A stretch of 64,000 bases of DNA from Sedimentisphaerales bacterium. Its GTDB lineage: Bacteria; Planctomycetota; Phycisphaerae; Sedimentisphaerales; Anaerobacaceae. Below, piece after piece: positions 30,282-39,796 of this stretch. The position numbers and the translations under genes are program-made. The notes under the pieces were generated by a model. That model was not told the DNA's origin, did no database searches, and worked only from the letters and a program-made list of their open reading frames with translations. The stretch lies in assembly GCA_040772485.1 (NCBI GenBank), contig JAXGYC010000010.1, positions 320,001-384,000 on the forward strand, written 5' to 3'. Positions within the stretch are counted from its first letter, which is position 1; the number at the start of each line of letters is the position of its first letter.

Positions 30282-30547
30282 CACAAGCAGTCAGCGGCCT
30301 CCAGGAATTCGTCTGTCTCGACCCCGGTGTCCTGACCGACCCTCAGCCAGCCAAGGCCAAAACGGGCCATCGCGTCCGGGTTTGGGGATTGCGGGCGAGG
30401 GGCGATTGTGGTATGATAGAGGGTGCTCGGGGTCGCTGCGGCCGGGGTTTGTCTATGCGGCCGGAGGCGATCTGGAGGAGCAGAGGGGAGACACTGGGTA
30501 GGTACCTTGGGTACGGTCTGAGTGGCAGTTCTTCGAGGAGGACTTGT

Positions 30548-32878
30548 ATGTTCAAGAAACGAACCCCGGAACGGACGTCCCGGCGCGCCGGGACGCTCCT
30601 GCGCAGTTTCGTGCTCGGGCTGACACTGATCCTGACCTCCATCGGCGTCGCAGCCGATCCCTCGCTGGTCGGGTGGTGGACGTTCGACGAGGGCTCGGGA
30701 ACGGTCGCCCACGACGCCAGCGGGCGGGGCCACGACGGCACGCTCCGGGGCGGTCCGACGTGGGTGATCGGACGCGTCGACGGCGCACTGCTGTTCGACG
30801 GCAAAGACGACTACGTGAACATCGGGAGCGTGGGAATCAGCGCGGCCGCCGACAGAACGGTTATGGCGTGGGTCAAGGCCAGCACGGCGACCATACCCGA
30901 CAAGACGAGCGTCTTCGGCTTCGTCCCGGACGGAAGCATCGAGGGCACCTATTATGACATGGAAGTGGACGACAAGGGCAACTACATCGCCCACATCTGC
31001 GGCTACCAGTGGGTCCTCGCGCCGGTCGACACGGAATGGCACCATATGGCCGGCACCTACGAAACCAGCACCGGCAGTTGGTTTCTGGACGGCCGGTTCA
31101 TCGACAGCGCGGATGGAGACATCGGGACGATCGACCAGGTGCGAATCGGCACGCGGCCCAGCAGCGGCAAGTACTTCCCCGGCCTGATCGACGACGTCCG
31201 CATCTACAACCGCGCGCTGACGGAGGCCGAGATTCAGTCCGTGATGGTGGGCACCGACCTGGGGCAGGCGACGGCCCCCCGCCCGGCGAACGGGGCGCAG
31301 GACATCCCTCGCGACGCCGTGCTGTCTTGGACGCCCGACGCCTCCGCCGTCCGGCACAACATCTATCTGGGCACGAGCTGGGACGACGTGCGCAGCGCCA
31401 GCGCCGCCGATCCGCGAGGTGTGCTGGTCGGCGCAGGCTTGGCCGGAGCCACGTTCGATCCCGAGGGGCTGCTTGCGTTGGACCAGACGTATTACTGGCG
31501 CGTCGACGGCATCGGCACCGCTCCCGACAACACCGTATTCAAAGGCCGAGTCTGGAGTTTCGCCTCGGAGCGCTTCGCCTATCCCATCGAGAATATCGTA
31601 GCCACCGCGTCGCACACGGACGCCGACGCCGAACCGGAGAAGACGGTCGATGGCTCCGGCGTGAACGCCCAGGACCAGCACTCCATGAACTCGCGTGACA
31701 TGTGGCTGGCCAGCCCCGGCCCCGACGAGCCTGTGTGGATTCAGTACGACTTCGATCGCGTCTACAAGCTCCATCAGATGCTGGTCTGGAACTACAATAC
31801 GGAGTTCGAGTTGCTGCTCGGCTTCGGCCTTAAGAACGTCACGGTCGAATACTCGGCCGACGGCGCTGAGTGGGTCGCACTGGGAGACGTCGAGTTCGCC
31901 CAAGCGACGGCCAACCCCTCGTACGTGTACAACACGACGGTGGATTTCGAGGGCGTTGCGGCCAGGAGCGTCCGCCTGACCGTCCGCAGCGGCTACGGGC
32001 TCATTGCGCGGTACGGCCTCAGCGAGGTGCGGTTCCTGTACATCCCCGCGCACGCGCGCCGGCCGCAGCCCGCCGACGGCGCCACCGACGTGGAGATCGG
32101 CTCGATCCTGAGCTGGAGCAGCGGACGCGAAGCCGCGTCACACGAGGTCTATCTCGGCGCCGATCCGGCAGCTCTCGCGTTGATCGGCACGCCCGAGACC
32201 GCCAGCCTGCCACCGGGCGACCTGGCCTTCGGAACGAGCTACTACTGGAGGGTGGACGAGGTCAACGAGGCCGAGGCCATCGGCCTGTGGGAAGGCGATC
32301 TCTGGACCTTCACCGTCGAAGAGTACGCAAGCATCGACGATTTCGAGAGCTACAACGACGACGTCGACGCCGGCACGGCGATCTTCGACACCTGGCTCGA
32401 CGGCTGGGTGAACAACACCGGCTCGACGGTCGGCTACCTCAATGCCCCCTTCGCCGAGCGGACCATCGTCCACGGCGGCGAGCAGTCGATGCCGCTGGCA
32501 TACGACAACTCGGCTTCGCCGTTCTACTCGGAGGCGGAGCGGACCTTCGAGCGGGCCCAGGATTGGACGATCGGCGGGTCCGACCGCCTGCGGCTGTGGT
32601 TCCGTGGCGATGCCGAGAACACGCCGCAGACGCTCTACATTACACTGCAAGACAGCGCCGGACACACGGCCACCGTCCGCGGCGCGGACCCGGACGCTGT
32701 TGTCACGACCACCTGGCAGGAGTGGCAGATCGCGCTGAGCGAGTTCGGCGGGATCAACCTGGCCAAGGTGGAAAAGATAACCATCGGCGTCGGCAACCGG
32801 ACCAGCCCGGCCGCCGGCGGAACCGGCATCGTCTACATTGATGATGTCGGGTTCGGCCGCCCCGCTGCCACGCCATAG
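30548..32878 (+). CDS. Secreted LamG-like jellyroll / discoidin (F5/8) / carbohydrate-binding multidomain protein
   Basis: Signal peptide, LVGWWTFDEGSG...GLIDDVRIYNRAL, two PxPAxGA..LSW..YYWRVD modules, WIQYDFDRVYKL..GLSEVRF, IDDFESY...VYIDDV. Confidence 0.85.
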   Translation: MFKKRTPERTSRRAGTLLRSFVLGLTLILTSIGVAADPSLVGWWTFDEGSGTVAHDASGRGHDGTLRGGPTWVIGRVDGALLFDGKDDYVNIGSVGISAAADRTVMAWVKASTATIPDKTSVFGFVPDGSIEGTYYDMEVDDKGNYIAHICGYQWVLAPVDTEWHHMAGTYETSTGSWFLDGRFIDSADGDIGTIDQVRIGTRPSSGKYFPGLIDDVRIYNRALTEAEIQSVMVGTDLGQATAPRPANGAQDIPRDAVLSWTPDASAVRHNIYLGTSWDDVRSASAADPRGVLVGAGLAGATFDPEGLLALDQTYYWRVDGIGTAPDNTVFKGRVWSFASERFAYPIENIVATASHTDADAEPEKTVDGSGVNAQDQHSMNSRDMWLASPGPDEPVWIQYDFDRVYKLHQMLVWNYNTEFELLLGFGLKNVTVEYSADGAEWVALGDVEFAQATANPSYVYNTTVDFEGVAARSVRLTVRSGYGLIARYGLSEVRFLYIPAHARRPQPADGATDVEIGSILSWSSGREAASHEVYLGADPAALALIGTPETASLPPGDLAFGTSYYWRVDEVNEAEAIGLWEGDLWTFTVEEYASIDDFESYNDDVDAGTAIFDTWLDGWVNNTGSTVGYLNAPFAERTIVHGGEQSMPLAYDNSASPFYSEAERTFERAQDWTIGGSDRLRLWFRGDAENTPQTLYITLQDSAGHTATVRGADPDAVVTTTWQEWQIALSEFGGINLAKVEKITIGVGNRTSPAAGGTGIVYIDDVGFGRPAATP

Positions 32879-32913
32879 CGATCAGACCGATGGCATTGGC
32901 TCTCGCACAGCAC

Positions 32914-32950
32914 GGCGGGCCCTGTCAACACGGCATGGGCCCGCCTTTTT
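32914..32950 (+). terminator. Intrinsic terminator
   Basis: GGCGGGCCC...GGGCCCGCC followed by TTTTT. Confidence 0.65.
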
Positions 32951-32988
32951 CTGCGCGTCGCTTTCGCATGCGTGCAATGAGGGACGGA

Positions 32989-33031
32989 CGTCCACCCAAG
33001 GGTTGACGCCGGGGTGGACGGCGAGTAGCTT
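32989..33031 (+). promoter_or_regulatory. Putative promoter with inverted repeat straddling the -35 box
   Basis: TTGACG(33003)-17-TAGCTT(33026); CGTCCACCC...GGGTGGACG 9-bp inverted repeat at 32989-33020. Confidence 0.45.
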
Positions 33032-33162
33032 GGCGCCATGCTAAGGTCTGCACAGACAGTTGCGGTCGGTTGTGCCCGTTCCATCATGCCGTGGGGCAAC
33101 AATCGTCAGGACGTATTTCTCGTCGACGGCGATCCCTGATTGAGGAGAACCATCCAGTGAAC

Positions 33163-33381
33163 ATGCTGCGTGTGTGGCCCATTGTGTGCCAGTTCGGCGT
33201 CGGCGGGTTGTTGTGTCTCGTCGGCATCTGGGCGGGCTTTCGAGGCGGATACCTCAACCTGCGGATCGCGGAGGACCGCCGGCTCCTCGTGACACTCGTG
33301 GCCGGGTACCTTATTCTGCTGGCCGCAACGTGCGTCTTCACGTTCCTGTCGCCGCACTGGTCCAACGGAGGGTCCCTATGA
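33163..33381 (+). CDS. Small 2-TM membrane protein, probable symporter accessory subunit
   Basis: 72 aa, two hydrophobic segments, GAGGAG upstream, ATGA overlap with the SSS gene. Confidence 0.75.
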   Translation: MLRVWPIVCQFGVGGLLCLVGIWAGFRGGYLNLRIAEDRRLLVTLVAGYLILLAATCVFTFLSPHWSNGGSL

Positions 33382-35213
33382 TCGCACAAGCCATTGGCGG
33401 AACCCTCGACTATGCCGTCATGCTGGCGTATTTCCTGGCCGTGCTCGGGTTCGGCCTGTACTTCGGACGCTACACGGCCAGCACGAAAGACTTCTTCTTC
33501 GGCGGCCAGCGTTTCTCGTGGTGGCTGATCGCCTTTTCGTGCATCGCCACAGTCGTCGGCAGCTACAGCTTCATCAAGTACAGCGAGGTCGGGTTCAAGT
33601 ACGGCATCTCCAGCACGCAGACCTACTTCAACGACTGGTTCTGGATGCCGATCCTCGTGCTCGCCTGGATTCCCATCATCTACTACAAGAAGATCGTCTC
33701 CATTCCCGAGTATCTGGAGGCGCGGTTCGACAAGCGTACGCGCGTGATGGCGACGTTCATCATCCTGCTGTACCTGGTCGGCTACATCGGCATCAACCTC
33801 ATCACGTTGGGCCGGACCATGCACACGCTGCTCGGATGGGAGGTCATGACCGGGGCCACCGTGACAGCGGTGGCGGTCGCCCTCTACGTGTACGTGGGCG
33901 GGCAGACGGCGGTCATCATGACCGATCTGGTGCAGGGACTGATCCTGCTGGGCGCCGGCGTGGGGCTGTTCCTCGGCGCGATCTATCACTTTGGCGGGTT
34001 CGGCGAGTTCTGGGCCCTGTTGCCGACGGAACACAAGTACGCCTTCTCCGACTTCAACGCGCCGCCGAAGTTCAGCTTCATCGGCATCTACGTGCAGGAC
34101 GGGCTGGCCAACACCGGGGCCCTCATGCTGATGCACCAGGGCTTCATCATGCGTTTCCTTTCGCTGCGGAGCGTCAAGGACTCGCGGAGGATGGTGGTCG
34201 CGTGGATTCTGGTCCTGACGCCCCTGGCGGCTGTCGCGACCAGTTGCGGCGGGTGGATCGCCCGGGCCCTGGTCAACAACGGAGAACTGGACACCAACGC
34301 CGAGGATTCGTTCGTCAAGGCGGCCCATTTCCTCTGTGCCCCCGGCGTCTTCGGCTTCGTGCTGGCGGCCTTGACGGCGGCGCTCATGAGCACGGCCGAC
34401 TCGCTGGTCAATGCGGTCAGCGCGATCTTCGTCAACGACATCTGGAGACCCTACGTACGGCCTGGCGCCAGCGACAAGCACCATCTGCTGGTGGCGCGGA
34501 TCACGAGTCTGTGCGCGGCGGGCATGGGCCTGGCCCTGGTCCCGATCTTCATGAAGGGCACCATCTACGAAGCCCACAGCATGTTCACCGCCGCCGTGAC
34601 GCCGCCGGTGCTGATGGCGGTGTTTCTGGGGATTCTCTGGAAGCGGTACACCCCGGTCGCCGGCTTTGCGACCATCGCCGGCGGGAGCATCCTGATCGGC
34701 CTGTCCTTTGTATGGCCCGATGCGCTCGTCGGTCCGTTCGACTTCGGCATGGGTTCGGGAAGTTACTCGTTCATGCGGGCGCTGTTCGGCCTGCTGGCGG
34801 CCGGTGCGATCGGCGTGCTGGTCACCTGGTTTACCAGCCCCCGGCCGCTGAGTGAATTGAAAGGCCTCGTCGCGGGGACTCAGATTGACGCCATGCGCGA
34901 ATTCAAGGGCGGCGAACCCAATCGCCGGCCCGGCGGAAAGGTGCGGCTGGTAGCCAGGATCGACGCCGGCCTCTCGGGCACGAACGCCGTGGTCGTCCCG
35001 CAATCCGCGCTCGACACGATGGCGGCCGAGCCGGGCGACCTGCTGTACGCCAGCGACGTCCACTGGTGGTACGGCGGACTGCGCTCCGTTCACGTCAAGG
35101 CCGGGGCTCCCTCGAATCCGGACGGCGGCGACGCGATGCGCATCAGTCCCGAGGACGCCGCCACAGCCCACTTCGCCGAAGGGCAGTCGGTGGTCGTCGA
35201 GAAGATCATGTGA
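33378..35213 (+). CDS. Sodium:solute symporter (SSS/SLC5) with extra C-terminal soluble domain
   Basis: DFFFGGQRFSWW, SIPEYLEARF, GGQTAVIMTDLVQ, AALMSTADSLVNAVSAIFVNDIW. Confidence 0.92.
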   Translation: MIAQAIGGTLDYAVMLAYFLAVLGFGLYFGRYTASTKDFFFGGQRFSWWLIAFSCIATVVGSYSFIKYSEVGFKYGISSTQTYFNDWFWMPILVLAWIPIIYYKKIVSIPEYLEARFDKRTRVMATFIILLYLVGYIGINLITLGRTMHTLLGWEVMTGATVTAVAVALYVYVGGQTAVIMTDLVQGLILLGAGVGLFLGAIYHFGGFGEFWALLPTEHKYAFSDFNAPPKFSFIGIYVQDGLANTGALMLMHQGFIMRFLSLRSVKDSRRMVVAWILVLTPLAAVATSCGGWIARALVNNGELDTNAEDSFVKAAHFLCAPGVFGFVLAALTAALMSTADSLVNAVSAIFVNDIWRPYVRPGASDKHHLLVARITSLCAAGMGLALVPIFMKGTIYEAHSMFTAAVTPPVLMAVFLGILWKRYTPVAGFATIAGGSILIGLSFVWPDALVGPFDFGMGSGSYSFMRALFGLLAAGAIGVLVTWFTSPRPLSELKGLVAGTQIDAMREFKGGEPNRRPGGKVRLVARIDAGLSGTNAVVVPQSALDTMAAEPGDLLYASDVHWWYGGLRSVHVKAGAPSNPDGGDAMRISPEDAATAHFAEGQSVVVEKIM

Positions 35214-37708
35214 GCCATCGGGCCGCGGGTGACAGAGCACAAGGCACGAGAGTTGTGCGAAAGCCAGTTCGATATCTCGTGTGGGGCGTCGCGGCGACGG
35301 CTGTTGTGGCCGGCGCCGGTATGGCCGCCCTGCTCCTGCGTGGGACGGGGGTCGATTCCGAGGCGCTCCTGGCGTCCCTGGCCCGGGCGACGTCGCCGGG
35401 ACGGATCACGATCGAGTATCCGCTGGACGGGACGCTGTTTCCGCCGGAGATCAGCGCCCCGACGCTGCGATGGAAGGACGAGAACGTCCGCGCGAATCTC
35501 TGGCTGGTCACGATTGTGTTTGCCGAGGGCCGCAGCCACATCGACCATTTCGCCACGCAGCAGCAATGGCAGCCGGCAGCGCGGCTCTGGGCACAGATCA
35601 AACGGCGGTCCCTGCAGAGGCCGGCGCTCGTGAGGGTGGTCGGGCTCGATCGCCGCACGCCGGATCAGGCGCTGTCGGTCGGACAAGTCACGATCCAGAC
35701 CTCATCGGACGAGGTCGGAGCCCCACTGTTCTACCGCGAGGTGAACCTGCCCTTCATCGACGCGGTCAAGGACCCGTCCACCATTCGCTGGCGCTTCGGC
35801 CCGGTCTCGGCGACGTCGCCGCCGCCGGTCGTGCTGGAGAACCTGCCGGTGTGCGGGAACTGCCATTCGTTTTCCACGGACGGCGCGACGCTGGGGATGG
35901 ATATCGACTACGCCAACGACAAAGGCTCCTACGCCATCGCGGCGGTTGCCAGATCCATCACGCTCGATGGGAACGCGATCATCACCTGGAGCGATTACAG
36001 GAGGGACGAACGCGAGCCAACGTTCGGGCTGCTCTCCCAGGTCTCGCCCGATGGGCGGTTCGTCGTAAGCACCGTCAAGGACGAGTCGGTCTTTGTGCCC
36101 AAGCCCGGCCTGGATTTCTCGCAGTTGTTCTTCCCGGTCAAGGGAATCCTGTGCGTCTACGACCGGCAGACGGGCACATTCCAGTCGCTGCCGGGGGCCG
36201 ACGACCCGAACCGGGTGCAGAGCAATCCGACGTGGAGCCCTGACGGCAAGCACATCGTCTTTGCTGCCACGCAGGCGTACCGCGTGCGGCGCGCCGGCGA
36301 CGAGCACAAGGTGCTGCTGAGCGCGTCGGATTGCCGCGAATTCCTGGTGGAGGGCAAGCCGTTCCAGTTCGATCTCTACCGCGTCCCGTTCAACGAGGGT
36401 CGCGGCGGGCAGGCCGAGCCGATCGCCGGAGCCTCGTTCAACGGCAAGAGCAACTACTTCCCCCGCTATTCGCCGGACGGCAAGTGGATCGTGTTCTGCC
36501 GGGCGCAGAACTACATGCTGCTCCAGCCGGACAGCGAGCTGTACATCATCCCCGCCGAGGGCGGCCAGGCCCGCCGCTTGCGCGCCAACACCAGGTGCAT
36601 GAACTCCTGGCACAGCTTCTCGCCCAACGGCAAATGGCTCGTCTTCTCGGGCAAGCCCGACTCTCCCTACACGCGGCTGTACCTGACCCATATCGACGAA
36701 CAGGGCGAGAGCACGCCGGCGGTGGTGCTCGACCACCTGACCGCGCCGGATCGCGCCGCCAACATCCCGGAGTTCGTCAAGGCGGATGCCGCCGCGATTC
36801 GACAGATTCGGGAGAAGTTCATCGACGATGTCTCCTACGCGCGGGCCGCATGGGAGTGCTTCAAATCGGACGACCTGGACGGCGCCGAACGCCACGCGAG
36901 AAAGGCCCTGGAGCTGAATCCGAACAGCGGCGAGGCGCTGCACACCCTGGGACTGGCCTTCTTCGCACGCAGGCAGTACAGCGAAGCAATCCGGCACCTG
37001 TCGCAGGCGACCCAGGCCAAGCCCGACGACGGCCGGATCCTGGCCGATCTGGGAGGCGCCTTCGTCGCTGACAATCGGCTCGACGAAGGCATCCGTTATC
37101 TGCATCGGGCGCTGGAGTTGGTGCCGGACGTTCACGAGGCGCACTTCAATCTCGGCGTGGCAGAATCCCGCCGGGGCAACAAGACCGAGGCCATGAAGTG
37201 CTGGCTGCGAACGGTCCAGCTCGATCCCCACAACTACACGGCTCACCACAACCTCGCCGTGCTGCTGGACGAGCAAGGCGAACCGGACCGGGCCCTCGAG
37301 CACTACCGCCAGGCGGCACGGCTCAAACCGGGCGATTGCATGGCGCAGGCCCATTTGGGGATGGCGCTGTGCGCCCGAGGGACTACCGAGGAGGGCTTGA
37401 CGCAGTTGTCCTACGCCGCGAGCCTCGACCCGGCCAACGCCGCTGTCCACTACAAATTGGCCGTCACGCTGGCTGGGCTCCGGCAGCACGAGCAGGCGAT
37501 CACGCACTTCCTCCAGGTCCTGCGGCTGGCCCCGCGCCACACCGATGCGCTGTTGGGGCTGGCGACCAGCTACGCCCAAATCGGTCAGGTGGACAAGGCC
37601 GTCGTCCGCCTGGAGGAGGCCAGACGGATCGCCCAGTCCACCGGTAACCAGGAACTCGTCCAGCGAGTCACCAGGCAGATCGAGTCCTGCCGCCGGCGCG
37701 ACCAGTAG
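35210..37708 (+). CDS. Membrane-anchored PD40/TolB-like beta-propeller plus TPR protein with a CxxCH motif (alternative start 35255)
   Basis: TM anchor, CGNCH, repeated PxWSPDGK/SPNGKWLVFS, C-terminal TPR repeats; GTGA overlap with SSS stop. Confidence 0.85.
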   Translation: MSHRAAGDRAQGTRVVRKPVRYLVWGVAATAVVAGAGMAALLLRGTGVDSEALLASLARATSPGRITIEYPLDGTLFPPEISAPTLRWKDENVRANLWLVTIVFAEGRSHIDHFATQQQWQPAARLWAQIKRRSLQRPALVRVVGLDRRTPDQALSVGQVTIQTSSDEVGAPLFYREVNLPFIDAVKDPSTIRWRFGPVSATSPPPVVLENLPVCGNCHSFSTDGATLGMDIDYANDKGSYAIAAVARSITLDGNAIITWSDYRRDEREPTFGLLSQVSPDGRFVVSTVKDESVFVPKPGLDFSQLFFPVKGILCVYDRQTGTFQSLPGADDPNRVQSNPTWSPDGKHIVFAATQAYRVRRAGDEHKVLLSASDCREFLVEGKPFQFDLYRVPFNEGRGGQAEPIAGASFNGKSNYFPRYSPDGKWIVFCRAQNYMLLQPDSELYIIPAEGGQARRLRANTRCMNSWHSFSPNGKWLVFSGKPDSPYTRLYLTHIDEQGESTPAVVLDHLTAPDRAANIPEFVKADAAAIRQIREKFIDDVSYARAAWECFKSDDLDGAERHARKALELNPNSGEALHTLGLAFFARRQYSEAIRHLSQATQAKPDDGRILADLGGAFVADNRLDEGIRYLHRALELVPDVHEAHFNLGVAESRRGNKTEAMKCWLRTVQLDPHNYTAHHNLAVLLDEQGEPDRALEHYRQAARLKPGDCMAQAHLGMALCARGTTEEGLTQLSYAASLDPANAAVHYKLAVTLAGLRQHEQAITHFLQVLRLAPRHTDALLGLATSYAQIGQVDKAVVRLEEARRIAQSTGNQELVQRVTRQIESCRRRDQ

Positions 37709-37725
37709 AACCGGCGAACCGCGCG

Positions 37726-39450
37726 TCAACGCTTCACTTGGATGGTCCCGTCCTCGGCGATATCCACCTGGGCGGACAAGGTCTTGGCCGACTCGAATGC
37801 GAATTCCTGCTTTCCACGGACGATGACCTTGTCGCGATCGGCGATCAGACCAAGGGGCCGGTCGGGGTCGCGGCGCCGCAGGACGTTGGCCAGCAGGAAA
37901 GCCTTTTCGAGGCCGTCCCCCCTGCCGTAGTTGGCGACCTCGTCGGGCTGGGCGAGGCGGTTGCCGTCGTAGATCGAGACCGGTTCGAGCTGCCCGAGCC
38001 AGGCGTGGACCTCGTCAAGCGGTTTGGAGCCGGCCCGTTCGAGCGAGACCGGGTTGCGTTCGATGGCGGCCTTGACGAATGGGCGCCAGTCACACGTGTC
38101 CATGTCCCGATAGGCGTAGAAGGCCAGGTCGATCGTGGGGTTGCTCTGCCTTCTCGACTGAAGCTGGGCGATGATCTCCTCGCGGCTCTGATCGACCGAC
38201 AGCTTGACAGGCTCGACCGCCTTGAAGCTCTTCTGCCTGCCGGGCAGCCTGGGCCGGATGTGCACGAAGTCGGTCAGCAGCTCCACGAACCGTCCGGCCT
38301 CGGGCACGTGCGGTTCGAGGAAGCGACGCAGGGCCTCGCGTCCGGCCGGCTCTCTCAAGTCCGGCTCGTCTTTCTCGAGGAAATCGCTCAGCCGGTCGCA
38401 GCGGACGCGTCCCGGGATCTCGTGCCGCACGAAATCCTCGTCGGACACCTCGGCCAGGAGTTTGTCGTGGGTGGCATCGCCGATCTTGTACGGGCTGCCA
38501 TGCTCGTAGTGAAAGAGCGTCTCGGCCTTGAGGAACTGCGGCTGGCCGTGACAGTCGCGACAGATCTGGAAATGCTCCTGGTACTGCCGGTGGCAGCGCA
38601 GGAAGCTGGCGAAGCTCGTGATGCTCAGTTCGGTCCGGAGATACTCGCCGATCCGGCCGATGAAGCGGTCGTAGGCTCTCGGGTCGATCGTCGCATCGTC
38701 GTAGAAGCAGTGGATGTACCCGGTTGGGTGGGCAACGATGGTCACCTGCTCGTTGCGCAGGGCGCGCTGCGCCTTGTACGAAATCTCGGTGCCGTTGAAC
38801 CACATCGTCTTGGTGACGAGCCGGCGGTTGTTGGTGAGGATGCCGTCCTGCATGTCGATGAAGTTCTGCGAGTGGAGCGGCGTAAGGATCAGGTAGATGT
38901 CTTCGAGCGGAATGCCGCAGACGATGAACGACGCGGCGGCGTACAGCGTCGCCAGTGACACGCACTCGCCGGCCGCCCGGTCGTAGCCCGGCCGGAAGCG
39001 AAAGGCCTCCATCGCCTCGACCGTCTCGGTCTTCCAGTAGGGAATCACGTCGCCGTCGTACTTGTCGAGCCCGAAATGCTTGCGGATGTCGACGTCGAAG
39101 TAGTACTGATCGCCCGTGTAGCCGAACAGCGCGTTGCTGCCGGCGATCTGCTCGGGACTGATCACGTGCCGGAAGCGGTTGACCTCCGTCTCCTGTTTGG
39201 TCAGGCCCCAGGTCTCCAGGTCGAGGTTGAAGTCGAACTCGTCCATGATGTATTGGCGCATCCGCATCAGCCTGCGGTAGCTGGTCTTGCCTTCGAGCTT
39301 GGCGAAGCAATCGACCTGGCGCCACTTCCACAGCAGCGGGCTCATGATGTTGGCCAGCACGAGACTGTACATCAGCTCCGGGAACACGAACACCTCCATG
39401 TCCGAGAGCGTTATCGCCGACGAGTACTTCTCCAGGTCCTTCGCGTCCAT
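37726..39450 (-). CDS. Hypothetical protein with transglutaminase-like motifs
   Basis: Long ORF with coding-like codon bias; GECVSLATLYAAA...LHSQNFID; C-terminal GRGDGLEKAFLLANVL. Confidence 0.7.
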   Translation of the reverse strand: MDAKDLEKYSSAITLSDMEVFVFPELMYSLVLANIMSPLLWKWRQVDCFAKLEGKTSYRRLMRMRQYIMDEFDFNLDLETWGLTKQETEVNRFRHVISPEQIAGSNALFGYTGDQYYFDVDIRKHFGLDKYDGDVIPYWKTETVEAMEAFRFRPGYDRAAGECVSLATLYAAASFIVCGIPLEDIYLILTPLHSQNFIDMQDGILTNNRRLVTKTMWFNGTEISYKAQRALRNEQVTIVAHPTGYIHCFYDDATIDPRAYDRFIGRIGEYLRTELSITSFASFLRCHRQYQEHFQICRDCHGQPQFLKAETLFHYEHGSPYKIGDATHDKLLAEVSDEDFVRHEIPGRVRCDRLSDFLEKDEPDLREPAGREALRRFLEPHVPEAGRFVELLTDFVHIRPRLPGRQKSFKAVEPVKLSVDQSREEIIAQLQSRRQSNPTIDLAFYAYRDMDTCDWRPFVKAAIERNPVSLERAGSKPLDEVHAWLGQLEPVSIYDGNRLAQPDEVANYGRGDGLEKAFLLANVLRRRDPDRPLGLIADRDKVIVRGKQEFAFESAKTLSAQVDIAEDGTIQVKR

Positions 39451-39620
39451 CCGTTCCATTCCTCAATCCAAAACCAGCTCTTTCGTCCGCCCTGCCAGCG
39501 ATACGTCCCGCCCGCCGCCGGAGTTTACCAGAAATCGCGACAACCGCAATCCAAACAGTGGAAGGGGCCACGACGGCATCTCTGCAGATTCAAGGCACGG
39601 CCCATTCCAGGCACAGACAG

Positions 39621-39745
39621 GCGTGTGTGGCAGCCTCAAGCTCGAAGAGCGCAGGCGTGGCTCTTCGCATTGGCCACCTTCAGGTGTTCGGGGGACTGCC
39701 AAGATCACCATCCCCCAACGCTGCGCGTTTGAGGCTGCCACACGC
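39621..39745. repeat. MITE/REPIN-like element, family 2 copy A
   Basis: GTGGCAGCCTCAA...TTGAGGCTGCCAC terminal inverted repeats. Confidence 0.8.
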
Positions 39746-39796
39746 ATGCCAGGATGTCTTCCCACACCCCGACGTCCGGCAAAGAGCGAGGACGAT

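Noticed and set aside
30227..30547. N-terminal extension of the LamG ORF (likewise extensions on rpoD, rpsA, ompA, bfr, 56080 and 62356 ORFs)
   Set aside because: Extensions run through repeats or intergenic DNA; RBS and signal peptides support downstream starts
32950..33160. Riboswitch in the symporter leader
   Set aside because: No known aptamer consensus recognised by eye; an Infernal/Rfam scan would be needed
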